DNA of 64,000 nt from Thermodesulfobacteriota bacterium (GCA_049320885.1 JBMORA010000035.1:32001-96000), one strand, 5' to 3'; shown: positions 8,791 through 20,432, counted from the first letter of the stretch. Made by a program: numbers and translations. The notes: generated by a model not told the origin, from the letters alone.

Positions 8791-10833
8791 TCATTTTTTA
8801 TCCAGGGGCCAGTAGTGCCCGATTCCTTCCATATGGAGGGGGGAATCGCCGTTTTCCAGGCGATCCAGATGAAATACCGCCGGTCCGAATTCCGGTTTCT
8901 CCTTCAGCAGTCTCCGGCACCTTTCTCCGGCGGTTTTTACATCCAGGCGATCCAAAAGATCCAGTATCCGGGCCAATTCCCCGTAGGCTTCCTCCTCGTC
9001 CGGGCCGGCGGGAGTAAAAAACGAAACGGGGATTTTCTTGCCCTTCACGCTGACCCGTCCCACCAGGCATAGCTCCGATTCCCGGTTTTGCCGGGTTTTT
9101 TTCAGGCAGGCGTCGGAGACCAGCAGGCGGGTGCCGAAAAACTTGTTGATGCCCTCGGTCCGGGAAGCCGTGTTGACCGTGTCGCCGATGGCAGTGTAAT
9201 CGATGTACAGGTCCGAGCCGATGTTGCCCACCACGGCCTCGCCGCTGTGCAGACCGATGCGCATGGTCAGGGACGGGAGGCCGGTTTGACAACGCTCCCG
9301 GTTCGCCTCTTCCACGCGCGTGAGCATCGCCAGGGCCGCCCGGATCGCCATGTCCGCCTGGTTCTCCTGGGGCTCCGGCGCGCCCCAGAACGCCATGACG
9401 CCGTCGCCGAGGAACTTGTCCAGGGTGCCCTCGTGGGCGAAAATGACTTCGGTCATGTCCTTCAGATGACGCTGGAGCAGGGTGATGACCGTATCCGTGG
9501 GCAGTTCCTCGGACAGGGTCGTGAAGCCGGCCAGATCAGCGAAGAGGACCGTGATTTCGGAACGATCGCCGGCCATGGCCATGCGGAACGGTTCCGCGAG
9601 CATATGGCGGGCCACCCGCTCCGGCAGATACCGGAACAACTGGGTGCGGATGAGCAGCCGACCGTCGCGTTCCCGGATATAGGCGGTGACCGTGGCGTAC
9701 AGGAAATGGAGGACGGCGAAAAACAGGAAAGGACCGAGGAGCAGCACGATGTCGTTGCGAAACAGCAGAAAGGCGGCGCCTTCGAGGGCCGAAAGGAGGA
9801 CGGTCATGGAGGCCAGGGCTCCCGCGGGATGGGTGAACCGTCCGGAAACCACCAGGCAGGTGAGAATCCAGATGAGAAACAGGGGCGGGACGGCCGCGGC
9901 CGGTAGCAGGCGGATGACCCGGTTCCGGGACAGGGAGGCGAATACGTTGGCGTGGATTTCCACGCCGGCGGTGAAGCCGGGGCGGTAGGGGGTCAGGAAC
10001 AGGTCGCTCTGCTGGCCGGGGGTCAGGGGCGCATAGAGGGCCCGGCCGATGAAGACCGTTTTGCCGCGCAGGTCTTCCCGGTAGCCTTCGGCCAGGTTGT
10101 CGTCGCAGAGTTCAAAAAAGGAAAGGGTGCGGAAACACCCCGGTCCGCCGAAATACCGGATCATCCCCGGCGGCGGAGCGATGGCGCCGGGGCTTGTCAG
10201 GTTCAGCAGCCTTTCCGGCGCCGCCGGCAGACGTTTTGGAACCTCGCCGGCCGGTGGTCGCCTGATCCGCCAGCCGCCGCAGAAATAATCCAGGCTTTGA
10301 CAAAAGCCCTTGGGGATGCCGGCGCCCCCGAACATATCCCGGACCACTCCATCCATGTCCACCGGCACAATGGCGTTGCCGGGTATGGCGCCCTGCCGGA
10401 CGAACCGTTCCAGGGGCGGACTGGATACGCCCCTGTCCAACTCCGCCGCCAGGACCGTGGGGACGAGATTCAAGGCCTGTTCGAAGCGCCGGTCGTCGGC
10501 CTCGCCGAAGCCCGAGGGCAGATCGAAGAGGATATCGAAAAAAACGGCCGTGGCGCCGAATTCCGCCAGTTTTTCCAGGACCGTCGCGTGGAGGGACCGG
10601 GGATAGGGATACTTGAGGCCGCCCTGAAGATCAGCCAGGACATCCAGGGTGGCGTCGTCGATGGCCACGATCACGATGTCCCGGGGCTCTTCGGGACCGG
10701 CATCGAGTCTGGCGTGCAGGTCGTAAATATAGCGTTCGGTGACGCCCCAGAAGTCCGTGGCCGCCAGCAGCAAAGCCAGCAGGGCGATGACCGGAACCGC
10801 GGCCCGGCTCCTCAGCGTCGCCAAGAGGTTCAT
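8791..10833 (-). CDS. CHASE2-domain class III adenylate/guanylate cyclase
   Basis: IVIVAIDD, DILF, DMDGVVR, GVEIHAN (CHASE2); three TM segments; FADLAGFT, DKFLGDGVMAFWGAP, GDTVNTASRTEG. Confidence 0.92.
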   Translation of the reverse strand: MNLLATLRSRAAVPVIALLALLLAATDFWGVTERYIYDLHARLDAGPEEPRDIVIVAIDDATLDVLADLQGGLKYPYPRSLHATVLEKLAEFGATAVFFDILFDLPSGFGEADDRRFEQALNLVPTVLAAELDRGVSSPPLERFVRQGAIPGNAIVPVDMDGVVRDMFGGAGIPKGFCQSLDYFCGGWRIRRPPAGEVPKRLPAAPERLLNLTSPGAIAPPPGMIRYFGGPGCFRTLSFFELCDDNLAEGYREDLRGKTVFIGRALYAPLTPGQQSDLFLTPYRPGFTAGVEIHANVFASLSRNRVIRLLPAAAVPPLFLIWILTCLVVSGRFTHPAGALASMTVLLSALEGAAFLLFRNDIVLLLGPFLFFAVLHFLYATVTAYIRERDGRLLIRTQLFRYLPERVARHMLAEPFRMAMAGDRSEITVLFADLAGFTTLSEELPTDTVITLLQRHLKDMTEVIFAHEGTLDKFLGDGVMAFWGAPEPQENQADMAIRAALAMLTRVEEANRERCQTGLPSLTMRIGLHSGEAVVGNIGSDLYIDYTAIGDTVNTASRTEGINKFFGTRLLVSDACLKKTRQNRESELCLVGRVSVKGKKIPVSFFTPAGPDEEEAYGELARILDLLDRLDVKTAGERCRRLLKEKPEFGPAVFHLDRLENGDSPLHMEGIGHYWPLDKK

Positions 10834-10847
10834 TTTTCGGTCTGGAT

Positions 10848-13800
10848 TCAAAAAAAACATATGGCCATGATCCGGGTCGACCAGACGGTGTCGTGGCTGC
10901 ATTCCGGCGGGCCGGTGAGGTCCTCCATGGTCCGGTCCTCGCAGCGGGTTTTCAGTTCCAGCTCCAGGTCGTTGTCCAGCAGGGACCAGCCGATGAGGGG
11001 CTCCACAAACCAGATCCGTTGTTTTTCCATGGCGGCTGGTTCCGCATCGGGGCGGCGCAGCAGATGGCCCGCAACCAGCTTGAGGGTTGCGCCGTTTCCA
11101 AAAAAATAGGCCAGCCCGGCATCAACAGCCTGTTCGTCGTATTCGTACGGCATTTCGTGGCGGGCGTGGCGCCATCCCAGGTGCCCGGCCAGGCGTTCGG
11201 TGATCAAGGCCTCCAGGTAGGCGTGGAGCCGCTCGGTGGTGGCCAGCCGGTTATCCCGGGCTTCCGTTCCGGCTGGGTCGAACCGGGAGGTTTCCGCGCG
11301 ATCCACCCCGGCTTCGAGGCCGCAGAACAGCGGCAAGGCCGGCAGGGTGTAATCCATTGCTACGGCAGCGGTTTTTTGGGTCAGGGAGAGCATTTCCTCG
11401 GGAGTATACGCATCGGAGATGTCGGTGGAAATCAGCGGGAAAGCCGCCAGCATGACCGGTTGCAGGCGGGCGCCCCGGTCTCCTGCAAGGTCTTCGATGT
11501 AGGCGGCCCGCAGACGCCAGTTCTCCGCGAAATCCCAGCCGGCGCCGATGACGGGATTCACCTGGGCGGTGGAATACCTCCGGCCGTCTTCCAGGGAATA
11601 CTGAAGCGCGTGGGTGAACAGTCCCCAGCCGGCGAAGAGGTCTTCCGCCACGGCGAGCTGATGGAAAAAATGGCCGGACAGCAGGCTGTTTTTAATCCCG
11701 GTGGTGGAAAAAGAGTCGGTGTCCGCGGGAACATAGGTGGTGGTGCTGCCGGTATTCTCCCGGCCGTCCGCATACCGGCAGCCGGCCTGGAAATGATTCC
11801 GGCCGGCGGATTTCCAGAGGGCGGCCTGGAGGATGCGGCGGAGGGTCTTCTGATCGCCGTCCATGCGGGTGGAGGCAAGGCTCTGGATGGTGGTGTCGGC
11901 TCCGAACCGGGAGTCGGCGCCTTCCTGGGAATAATTCACCAGAAACTGGGTCTCCTCACCCAGTTTCAGGCGGCTGCCGAATCCGGCGGCGCCCATGTCG
12001 CTTTCGGAACGTGAGGCGGTGACGCTTTGGGTGGACATGGGCGGCAGGTCGGGGAAGGCGGGAAAATAGAGGCTGGAAAAGGTGTCCGTGTCGCTGTCCG
12101 TATCCGCGCGGGTCAGGCGGAGTTCCGAATACAAATCCAGGTTCCAGGAGGGCCGCCATTTCAGGAAGGCCGAGGTGTAATCGGTGTCCAGGTCCTGATC
12201 CATGTGCATGTCCGTTCGGGTTTCATAGCCGGGGGCCGGCTGGATGCTTTGGGTCGAGAGCCGGGTTTCACCGGAATTTTTTGAAAAGACGGCGGCAACA
12301 GCCAGGGGCAGGGAGGGTTTGGCGGCCACGGAGCCGGTATAGGTCTGCTGGGTATTGACCGTTATGTCGTCCCGCTGGGAGAAAAACTGTCCGGCCAGAT
12401 GGATATCCGCGCCGGCGCGGTCGAACATCTCCTGGTAAGCGGACAGGCTGGATTCGTCGAAAACGACCCCCGCCCGGGTGGGAGCGGTGAACAGTTTGGC
12501 GAGGGTCAGCTCGGATTCCGCCGCCGGATAATACAGGCGCGGATCATTCAGCAGGGCGAAATACAACCTTCGATGGGCGCCTTCGTCCATGGGGTTGGTT
12601 TCCAGGGCCCGGGCCGCCGTCAGGGTGGACGCGTGGGTCAGGCCCAGTTCGTGGTATATCCCGGCGGCGTTGCTCATCAGCACGGCATTGTCTTGGTCCA
12701 GGAGAAAGCGGGAGCGCAGGACCGCCCGGTTGTGGTTCAGGGCCTTGGCTTTTTCCAGATCCCGGAGGGCCTCGCCGGGCCGGTGCCGGGCATATTTCAG
12801 CATGGCGCCGTACAGATAGGGGGTCGGATCCCGGGGATCCAGGCGCTTGGCCCGATCCAAGCCCGATTCCGCCTGATCCCATTGCTTCAGTTCGTAAAAG
12901 GCCTTGGCCAGGTAGGACTGGCTGATGGAGGAGCGGGGGGCGAGGAGGGCGGCCTCGGCCATGGCCCGGGTGCCTTCTTCCGGCCGGTTGAGGTTGAACA
13001 GGGCGATGCCGGCGCCCAGGGCCGCGTCGGCTTCTTCCGGTTCCCGGGCCCGGGCGCGGCGGAAATGTTCGAGGGCTTCTTGCGGAAACCCTTCCCGCAG
13101 GGCGGTGAATCCCAGCAGGGTTTCTTTTTCCGCCTCATGGGGGCCGCCGGGAGGAATGCTTTCCAGCAGGTGGTGGCAGGCCGGGATATCATCGGTTTCC
13201 AGGGCGATGGTCGCAGCGGTGAGCCGGGCCGGAACAAAACCGGGAGCGGCGGCCACGGCTTTGCGGCTGAAGGCGCCGGCTCCGTCCATATCGAGTTCCG
13301 CCTTTTTGACCAGCGCCATGGTCATCAGCGCCAGGGCGGAATCCGGCTGGAGGGCGAGGGCCTTTTCCGCCAGGTTCCGGGCCTGGTCCATCCGGTTCTG
13401 GACGATGGCCGCCATCGCCGGCATGGCCAGGGGCAGGGCCCAATCCGGGGCCAGTCGGGCGGCGGCGGCGAAGAAACTTTCCGCTTCCCGGTCTTTTCCG
13501 GCCACCAGATGCAGGAATCCCGCGAGTGCATTCCAGGAGGCGGTCCGGCCGGACTCCGGCCGGGAAGCCGCAAGGATATCAAAGGCGGATTTCAGATCCA
13601 TCCCATGGCAGGCGGAAAGCGCCTGCTCCATGACCAGGGCAAAGGCCTCGCCGTCCCGGAATTTGTCCGCTTCGTCCCAGGGCGGACGGTAGCGCAGGGT
13701 CCAGTTGACGGCGTTCTCCGGCATGACCAGGGCGGTTTTGATCGGTGCCGTCCCCGGCCGGATCAGGGCGGCCTCTCCGGCTCCCAGAATCAGGCTGCCG

Positions 13801-14297
13801 TGATCGTTGTTCACGCGGACCCGGCCGTCCAGGATGCCGATGACGGTCCGGCCTTCCGGGTCCACTTCCATGAACCATTCCGTTCCCCGGATGGTAGCCG
13901 TGGCCGACGGGGAGGCGATCCCGAAGCGTCCGTCCCGGCTGCGGCCCCGCAGCCAGACCTTGCCTTTTTTCAACAACCCGTTCCGGCCGCCGGCGGACGG
14001 ACCCTGGTAGATGAAATCCGTGTTTTCGTCGATTTTCAGGAGCATGTAATCGGGCAGCAGCAGGGATATGGCGCCGAAGGGGCCGGTGACGAGACTTGTA
14101 CCCGGCGCGATGTTCCCGCCGATGACCGCATCGCTGCGCTGTTCTTGAAGGAAGCAGCCGGCCTCGGGCCGGAAGGCGACGATTTTGGCAGTGCCGGCGG
14201 CAAAAGCAAGGGAGTGTTGCACCAGGCAAAGAGTGAACAGGATCGTCCGGACCGTTCGGTCCGGAAAAAACTGGCGGAAGGCAGCAGGATTCAGCAT
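10848..14297 (-). CDS. FecR + TPR + outer-membrane beta-barrel protein
   Basis: Signal peptide, SPSATATIRGTEW (FecR), many TPRs, DPRDPTPYLY and RAVLRSRFLLDQD, beta-rich C-terminus ending in Phe. Confidence 0.82.
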   Translation of the reverse strand: MLNPAAFRQFFPDRTVRTILFTLCLVQHSLAFAAGTAKIVAFRPEAGCFLQEQRSDAVIGGNIAPGTSLVTGPFGAISLLLPDYMLLKIDENTDFIYQGPSAGGRNGLLKKGKVWLRGRSRDGRFGIASPSATATIRGTEWFMEVDPEGRTVIGILDGRVRVNNDHGSLILGAGEAALIRPGTAPIKTALVMPENAVNWTLRYRPPWDEADKFRDGEAFALVMEQALSACHGMDLKSAFDILAASRPESGRTASWNALAGFLHLVAGKDREAESFFAAAARLAPDWALPLAMPAMAAIVQNRMDQARNLAEKALALQPDSALALMTMALVKKAELDMDGAGAFSRKAVAAAPGFVPARLTAATIALETDDIPACHHLLESIPPGGPHEAEKETLLGFTALREGFPQEALEHFRRARAREPEEADAALGAGIALFNLNRPEEGTRAMAEAALLAPRSSISQSYLAKAFYELKQWDQAESGLDRAKRLDPRDPTPYLYGAMLKYARHRPGEALRDLEKAKALNHNRAVLRSRFLLDQDNAVLMSNAAGIYHELGLTHASTLTAARALETNPMDEGAHRRLYFALLNDPRLYYPAAESELTLAKLFTAPTRAGVVFDESSLSAYQEMFDRAGADIHLAGQFFSQRDDITVNTQQTYTGSVAAKPSLPLAVAAVFSKNSGETRLSTQSIQPAPGYETRTDMHMDQDLDTDYTSAFLKWRPSWNLDLYSELRLTRADTDSDTDTFSSLYFPAFPDLPPMSTQSVTASRSESDMGAAGFGSRLKLGEETQFLVNYSQEGADSRFGADTTIQSLASTRMDGDQKTLRRILQAALWKSAGRNHFQAGCRYADGRENTGSTTTYVPADTDSFSTTGIKNSLLSGHFFHQLAVAEDLFAGWGLFTHALQYSLEDGRRYSTAQVNPVIGAGWDFAENWRLRAAYIEDLAGDRGARLQPVMLAAFPLISTDISDAYTPEEMLSLTQKTAAVAMDYTLPALPLFCGLEAGVDRAETSRFDPAGTEARDNRLATTERLHAYLEALITERLAGHLGWRHARHEMPYEYDEQAVDAGLAYFFGNGATLKLVAGHLLRRPDAEPAAMEKQRIWFVEPLIGWSLLDNDLELELKTRCEDRTMEDLTGPPECSHDTVWSTRIMAICFF

Positions 14298-14517
14298 GGC
14301 ATTACCATAAAGAAGACGGCCGGCGATGGTAGTGGTTGAACGGGATCCGGCCGGGCAGGGGCCGGAAACGCTGGGCGATGTCCTCTTATTTACAATACAA
14401 CCGCTTGGGACACAAGCGTGATTTTTGCCTGGCGGCGGGCCGGAGGCAGAACTGCTTCCGGGAAGATTTCGTGCCCTGCAGCGGAGCGGGTGGCTGAAAA
14501 ATCAGGCGGCCGCTCTT

Positions 14518-15699
14518 TCAATCCTTGCTTGCTCCCTGTGCATACCGCCCGTAACCTTCCTTTTCCAGATCCGCCTCCGGGATGAAGCGCAGGGCCGCCG
14601 AATTGATGCAGTAACGCAGACCCGTGGGTTCGGGGCCGTCGTCAAAGACATGGCCCAGATGGGAGTCCCCGTACCGGCTGCGCACCTCGGTGCGGGTCAT
14701 GAAGAGGCTCCGGTCGGTCTTTTCGATGATATAGTGCGCATCCAGCGGCCGGATGAAACTCGGCCAGCCGGTGCCGGAATCGAATTTGTCGGCGGAATGG
14801 AACAGGGGTTCGCCGCTGACGATATCCACATAGATGCCGGGAGCGTGGTTTTCCCAATATTCGTTCTGGAAGGGCGGCTCGGTGCCGTTTTTTCGGACCA
14901 CCTGGTATTGCAGGGGCGTCAGGCGTCGGCGCAGGGTTTCGTCGTCCGGACGCTCATACGGCTTTTTTTCGGCAGCGCGGATGTCCCTGTTTTCCCCTTC
15001 CTTCAAGGGGGCGGCGGCATCCGGGGCGGCGGTTTCCGGTCGCGGCCCGGGTTTCGCTTCATCCTTTTCCTGCCAGACAGTTTCCAGAAACCGGTCGCGG
15101 CCGGAGTTGTAACGGTAAAAGCGGTAGCGGATGGGATTTTTCTTGTAGTAATCCTGGTGGTAGTCCTCGGCCGGATAAAACCGCCCCAGGGGCAGGATTT
15201 CCGTTGCGATGGGCCGGTCGAAACGTCCGGAGGCGGCCAGTTTCCGTTTGGATTCCTCCGCCAGAAGGCGTTCCTTGTCATCGGCGTAAAAAATCACGCT
15301 GCGATACTGGGCCCCCCGGTCCACGAACTGCCCGCCGGCGTCGGTGGGATCCACATGTTTCCAAAAAACATCGAGCAGGCCGGCATAGTCGATTTTTGCC
15401 GGATCGTAGATCACCTGGATGGCTTCCACATGGCCGGTTACTCCCGAGGATACTTGTTCGTAAGTCGGATCCGCGACCTGTCCGCCGGTGTAACCGGAAA
15501 TGACCGCCGTCACTCCCGGCGCTTTTTCAAAATCCGATTCCGTGCACCAGAAACACCCGCCGGCGAAAACGGCGGTCCGGGTTTCCGTGGCGCCGAATGC
15601 CGGTGCATCCGAATCGGCGAAAAGACCGAACCGGAAACGGTAGCCCGCGAGGAGACCCGCGGCCATCAGAATACTCAGGATGAGGGTTGTGTTTTTCAT
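14518..15699 (-). CDS. msrAB: Exported peptide methionine sulfoxide reductase MsrA/MsrB fusion
   Basis: [44 protein letters not shown]-terminal signal-like segment. Confidence 0.95.
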   Translation of the reverse strand: MKNTTLILSILMAAGLLAGYRFRFGLFADSDAPAFGATETRTAVFAGGCFWCTESDFEKAPGVTAVISGYTGGQVADPTYEQVSSGVTGHVEAIQVIYDPAKIDYAGLLDVFWKHVDPTDAGGQFVDRGAQYRSVIFYADDKERLLAEESKRKLAASGRFDRPIATEILPLGRFYPAEDYHQDYYKKNPIRYRFYRYNSGRDRFLETVWQEKDEAKPGPRPETAAPDAAAPLKEGENRDIRAAEKKPYERPDDETLRRRLTPLQYQVVRKNGTEPPFQNEYWENHAPGIYVDIVSGEPLFHSADKFDSGTGWPSFIRPLDAHYIIEKTDRSLFMTRTEVRSRYGDSHLGHVFDDGPEPTGLRYCINSAALRFIPEADLEKEGYGRYAQGASKD

Positions 15700-16064
15700 G
15701 GTTTCCCCCTTTCGGATGGATTCGGGCCGGCGGTCATTCCGTCGGCATGAATCCGGTCGGGGCATTTTCCCCGGATGGTCGTCCCTGCTTACCGGATTAT
15801 CATAAGCATCGAAACGGCCTTTGGGAAGATCCGGGGACTCGGCCTCGTTCCGCCATGGAATCCGTGGATAATAAAATGAACCACGGATGTAATCAGATGG
15901 ACACGGATGGATGACACCATGATTACGGAGACCAATGCGGGGAAACGATTGAAGGTCGAACGGGGGCAAGGCCCTGTCTGGACTCCCATCCGGAAGTCAA
16001 GAAAAGCGTGAACCGTTACGCTCCAGTTTTTCACCTTTTCCCAGGGCTGATCCCGGCAACTGGT

Positions 16065-18461
16065 TCATGCCGGGTCCTCCGGGGCGGCGTTCCGGATTTC
16101 CCGGGCTTTTAAACGGCCCTGGATGTATTTTCCCAGGACCCAGACGGCCTGATCCGCGGAGCGGAAGACGGGCAGGCCGCCGGACTGGAAGGCCTCGGCC
16201 AGGGGGTCGTACAGGGGGCCGCTGTCCACCACGATAATCAGGGGTTTGTCGGATCGTGCGGCCAGATGGATGATGTTGCGGGCCGGATTGCCGCCGTCCA
16301 TCCCGGACGCCGCGGGCCGGAGAGTGTGCAGAAGGGGGGTCAGTGGCACCAGGGCCGCGATGACGGCGTCCACCGTCGGATCCTGGAGCAGGATTTCGAT
16401 GACCGCTTCGTAAACCGTTTCGTCGGCCATGGGGGTGAGATCCAGGGGATTGTTCAGGTCCACCAGGGTGTCGAGATGGGCGTCCCGCAGGGTTTGCAGG
16501 AGTCGCTGCCGGGTGTCCGGGGTGAGCCCGGCCATTTCCAGGCGATAATCCTCGCCCAGAATGTTGTCGGCAATGCCCACGGATTCGTATCCCGCATTGC
16601 TCACCGCCGCCAGCCGGTTGCCGGATATGGTTTTACCGCCCAGGGCGGAGGAAAGCCGGAAAAGTCCCTCGAAGCCGGTGAAGGTGGTGGCCACCATGGC
16701 GCCGGCCTGGCGGACGCAGGCTTCGCAGACCATGTAATCGCTGGCCAGGGACGCGGTGTGGCTTGACATGGCGGTTTTGCCTTCGGGCGTCCTGCCGGCC
16801 TTGTAGAAGATGACATCCTTGCCTTTCCGGACAGCCTCCCGGATGGCCCGCGCGAAATTCAGGCCGTCCAGATCCCGGAACCCTTCCATGTAAGAGGCCA
16901 CGGTTTTAATGGAGTCGATGCGGTTGATGAACCGCAGCATGTCGCCGGCGGTCATGTCGATCTGATTGCCGATGGAAACGGCGTAGGCCGGGTCCAGAAA
17001 ATTCAGCTTGCTCATGCGGGTGATCATGTAGGCGCCGCTTTGACTGATAAAGGCGCTGGTGCGCGGATGGTCGCCGCGGTGCTTGGGCAGCTTGTCGTCG
17101 GGAATGAAAAACGTGTCGAATTTTCCTGGCTGGGAGAGAATGCCGAGGCTGTTGCCCCCCACAAAAAGGGGGCCGCCGCCGGGCTTGTTGCGGGCGGCGC
17201 GGATGTCCGTCTCGATTTCCAGGCTGCGTCCCGCGCTGCCTTTTTTTTCGCCCAGTCCACCGGGAATCAGCAAAACGGTTTCGGCCGCGTCCGTGTCGAT
17301 GATGCGGCGTACCAGGTCCGGCACAGTATCGGCTTCCACCGCCAGAATCAGCAGGTCCGCCTTGGGGGCCAATTCCACAAGGGATGGAACCGTGGCAATG
17401 CCCTCAATCGGTTCGGCGGAGGGGTGGATGATCCGGAGGCCGGCCGGATCAAAGCCGTTTGCCAGAATATTCCGGAGGATGATGCGTCCCACATTCATGG
17501 ATTTGCGGGAAACGCCGATCAGGGCGATCCGTTCGGGGTGCAGCAGGTTATGGATTTTGACAATCGGCCTTTCAACCGGCAACGGCTGGGGCTTGGAAAA
17601 GCGGCAACGGCCGTCCAGGGGCAGCATCAGGTAATCGGCGAAGGCGAAGGGGTTGATTTCCAGATCCTCGATGACGAATCCGGCCGCGGGATTCAGGGGT
17701 GAAAAATGATTTCCCAGGGCGATGAAGGCGGAAAAACATTCTTGCAACTGTTCGTCGGTCACCAGCCGGCGGTGTCCGCGGGTCAGCCCGGCCAGTTTCT
17801 TGTAGGAAATGGTGCGCTTGAAAAGGGGAAAAAACGCCTCGCCGCCAGTCATGACCGTGGAGGCCGTCGCGGCGGCCTGCCCTTTTTTCAGGCTTTCGGC
17901 GTAGAGCTCCGTGTCGGTGCCGCCCAGGCCGGCGGTGATGGTCATGCCGAATTCCCGGGTTCTTCTGAGGCTGACGATCAACTCGTTGCCGAATTCGTGG
18001 GAGACATCCGGAATATACTGGCAGATGAGCACGCCCTGGATATCCCGGGCGATGGCCGCGATCAAGTCTTCGCCCCGCAGATCCCGATAGATTTCCGGCG
18101 TTAGGGCGGGGTTGGTTTCCAGCATCCGGGCGAAGGCGGCCGGAACCTCATATAGCATGGCCCGGGTGGCCGAGAGGATTTTTTCCGGATCCTTCCGGGT
18201 GATGCGCACGCCGCCCACATCGCTTTTATGAGTGATGAACGGCGATACGATCTTGACGACGATATCCCCGCCCGGCAGGGAGTTCAGAATGTCCGGATTC
18301 AGACGCGCATCCCTGGCCAACAGCGAAAAACGGGGCAGGGTTTCGGCGCCGGACAGACGGATCAGTTCATAGACTTCATGCTCATACAGAAAACTGCGGT
18401 TTTCCGTTTGCGCTTGGGAGAACAACCCGGCGATGGATTTCAAGTCGACATGGATGTCCAC
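16065..18461 (-). CDS. ADP-forming acetate/acyl-CoA ligase (ATP-grasp + CoA-binding)
   Basis: HKSDVGGV, LEINP, ISQSGA, SHTASLA, NAGYE and NPLDLT motifs; GTG start after CAGGAG. Confidence 0.85.
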   Translation of the reverse strand: MDIHVDLKSIAGLFSQAQTENRSFLYEHEVYELIRLSGAETLPRFSLLARDARLNPDILNSLPGGDIVVKIVSPFITHKSDVGGVRITRKDPEKILSATRAMLYEVPAAFARMLETNPALTPEIYRDLRGEDLIAAIARDIQGVLICQYIPDVSHEFGNELIVSLRRTREFGMTITAGLGGTDTELYAESLKKGQAAATASTVMTGGEAFFPLFKRTISYKKLAGLTRGHRRLVTDEQLQECFSAFIALGNHFSPLNPAAGFVIEDLEINPFAFADYLMLPLDGRCRFSKPQPLPVERPIVKIHNLLHPERIALIGVSRKSMNVGRIILRNILANGFDPAGLRIIHPSAEPIEGIATVPSLVELAPKADLLILAVEADTVPDLVRRIIDTDAAETVLLIPGGLGEKKGSAGRSLEIETDIRAARNKPGGGPLFVGGNSLGILSQPGKFDTFFIPDDKLPKHRGDHPRTSAFISQSGAYMITRMSKLNFLDPAYAVSIGNQIDMTAGDMLRFINRIDSIKTVASYMEGFRDLDGLNFARAIREAVRKGKDVIFYKAGRTPEGKTAMSSHTASLASDYMVCEACVRQAGAMVATTFTGFEGLFRLSSALGGKTISGNRLAAVSNAGYESVGIADNILGEDYRLEMAGLTPDTRQRLLQTLRDAHLDTLVDLNNPLDLTPMADETVYEAVIEILLQDPTVDAVIAALVPLTPLLHTLRPAASGMDGGNPARNIIHLAARSDKPLIIVVDSGPLYDPLAEAFQSGGLPVFRSADQAVWVLGKYIQGRLKAREIRNAAPEDPA

Positions 18462-18610
18462 ATGTAACTCCTGAATGAGGGGTTGTGGATGAATAGCCGT
18501 TTCAGTGTAGCAGGAGCGGTCTGGAATTTCAACGAAACATCGCAGCCAGTTGACTAAACAGACTCGCATGTCGTACCATCGATTCTTTCAGAAAAGAAGA
18601 GGATCAACAG

Positions 18611-20068
18611 ATGCCCAAAGTCTTTTTGCATATTTTTGACACGATCCTCGGTTCCGTCCGTGAACCGTTGGTGGTGCTTGATTCGGATTTGAAAGTTGTC
18701 AGAGCCAACGATGCTTTTTATCAGACCTTCCACGTGAAACCTGAAAAGACGGAGGGGAAGATCATATACGATCTCGGCAACCGACAATGGGACATACCCA
18801 AACTCAGGGAACTGCTCGAGAATATCCTGCCTCAGAATACGAAATTCAATGATTTTGAAGTGGAACATACCTTTGAAACCATCGGCCGAAAGATAATGCA
18901 TCTGAATGCCAGACGGATTTACGGAAAGCTGAAGAAACCGCAGATGATCCTCCTGGCCATCGAGGATGTAACCGAACGCGAATATTATAAAAGGCATCTT
19001 GAGGAATTGGTTGAAGAACGAACGACTGAACTCAGGAGGTCAAGAGAAGCGGCGGAAACGGCGCTTGCAGAAATAAAGGATTTGAAAGAAAAGCTTGAAG
19101 CCGAAAGAACATATCTTCAGGAAGAAATCAAGCTGGAATACAACCATGAAAACATTATCGGTCAAAGCAACGAAATCAATTATGTGTTTTATAAGGTAGA
19201 GCAAATTGCGCGTACGGATACGAACGTGTTGGTTCTGGGCGAAACCGGAACCGGCAAAGAGCTGGTCGCACGGGCAATTCATGGCTTGAGCTCACGAAAA
19301 AATCGCGCTTTGGTCAAGATGAATTGCGCCACACTCCCATCAAATCTGATTGAAAGTGAGCTGTTTGGGCACGAGAAAGGCGCGTTCACCGGCGCCCAGG
19401 CAAGGCGGTTGGGGCGATTTGAGATTGCCCACGGTGCCACCTTGTTTCTCGATGAAATCGGCGAACTGCCGTTGGAATTGCAACCGAAGTTGCTCCAGGT
19501 AATTCAATGCGGTGAGTTCGAACGGTTGGGAAGCTCGGAAACGATCAAGGTAGATGTGCGAATCATCGCAGCCACAAATCGCCATCTGGAGGAAGAAGTC
19601 TGCATGGGGCGATTCCGGGAGGATCTCTGGTACCGGCTGAATGTGTTTCCAATTACGATGCCACCGCTCCGAAATCGGGTGGACGACATCCCCCTTCTGG
19701 TGAGGTTTTATGTTGATAAGATTTCAAAACGACTCGGCAAATCCATCCAGTTGATTCCAGCGGGCGTGATGGGGGCGTTGCAGAATTATCATTGGCCCGG
19801 CAACGTTCGCGAACTGGAAAATGTTCTGGAGCGGGCGGTGATCAGTTCCTCGGGGACCAAACTGCGGCTGGTGGATGATCTTGAATTGCCCAACAGGAAA
19901 TCGGCGTTGGCAGAACGGACCCTGCGGGAGGTCGAACGGGAATATATTATCCGTGTACTTGACCAGACCCAATGGAAAATAAGCGGGAAAAAAAGCGCCG
20001 CCGAGATCCTCGGTCTTGACCGCAGCACCCTGCGCGCCCGGATGCGCAAGCTCGGTATTCAAAAATGA
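18611..20068 (+). CDS. PAS-domain sigma54 enhancer-binding protein
   Basis: [31 protein letters not shown] and a Fis-type HTH. Confidence 0.95.
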   Translation: MPKVFLHIFDTILGSVREPLVVLDSDLKVVRANDAFYQTFHVKPEKTEGKIIYDLGNRQWDIPKLRELLENILPQNTKFNDFEVEHTFETIGRKIMHLNARRIYGKLKKPQMILLAIEDVTEREYYKRHLEELVEERTTELRRSREAAETALAEIKDLKEKLEAERTYLQEEIKLEYNHENIIGQSNEINYVFYKVEQIARTDTNVLVLGETGTGKELVARAIHGLSSRKNRALVKMNCATLPSNLIESELFGHEKGAFTGAQARRLGRFEIAHGATLFLDEIGELPLELQPKLLQVIQCGEFERLGSSETIKVDVRIIAATNRHLEEEVCMGRFREDLWYRLNVFPITMPPLRNRVDDIPLLVRFYVDKISKRLGKSIQLIPAGVMGALQNYHWPGNVRELENVLERAVISSSGTKLRLVDDLELPNRKSALAERTLREVEREYIIRVLDQTQWKISGKKSAAEILGLDRSTLRARMRKLGIQK

Positions 20069-20186
20069 AACCCGGCCGGAAAGCGCATTGCCCGCTCGTA
20101 AACCAGCAATGATATCCCGGCCCGGTTCGATGGTTCTTTTCACCGTAAACCGAATCTGACCCACCGAAACCCAATCTCCGAAACAA

Positions 20187-20217
20187 GGTCATATATGACC
20201 ATTGGTTACATATGACC
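20187..20217. promoter_or_regulatory. Tandem palindromic operator/UAS GGTCATATATGACC
   Basis: Perfect 14-bp palindrome plus a degenerate copy 3 bp away; same arrangement at 24127-24157. Confidence 0.65.
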
Positions 20218-20316
20218 CGGTCGATCAAGTTGTTTCTACCGGCCCCGCTGAAAACGAGAAAATGAATTGTTTATAGATATCAAAACGATGTTTTATCAAA
20301 ACGATTATATTTAACA

Positions 20317-20335
20317 TTCGGCATGAAGTTTGATT
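20317..20335 (+). promoter_or_regulatory. Putative sigma54 promoter (variant -12)
   Basis: TTCGGCATGAAGTTTGATT (GG-N10-GA), with AT-rich DNA between it and the UAS. Confidence 0.45.
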
Positions 20336-20432
20336 ACCTAAATGAATGACTGCATGCTGGTTATTGCAGGACTCGTTTTGTCGGCTCCACATGACTTATA
20401 CTTTCGATCCGTGGGAGAAAAAGAGGTGCGCC

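Noticed and set aside
12399..14339. 646-aa plus-strand ORF and similar long antisense ORFs (1452, 3834, 6490, 9952, 14425, 21716, 26490, 59606)
   Set aside because: Shadows of well-supported opposite-strand genes in high-GC DNA; no motifs.
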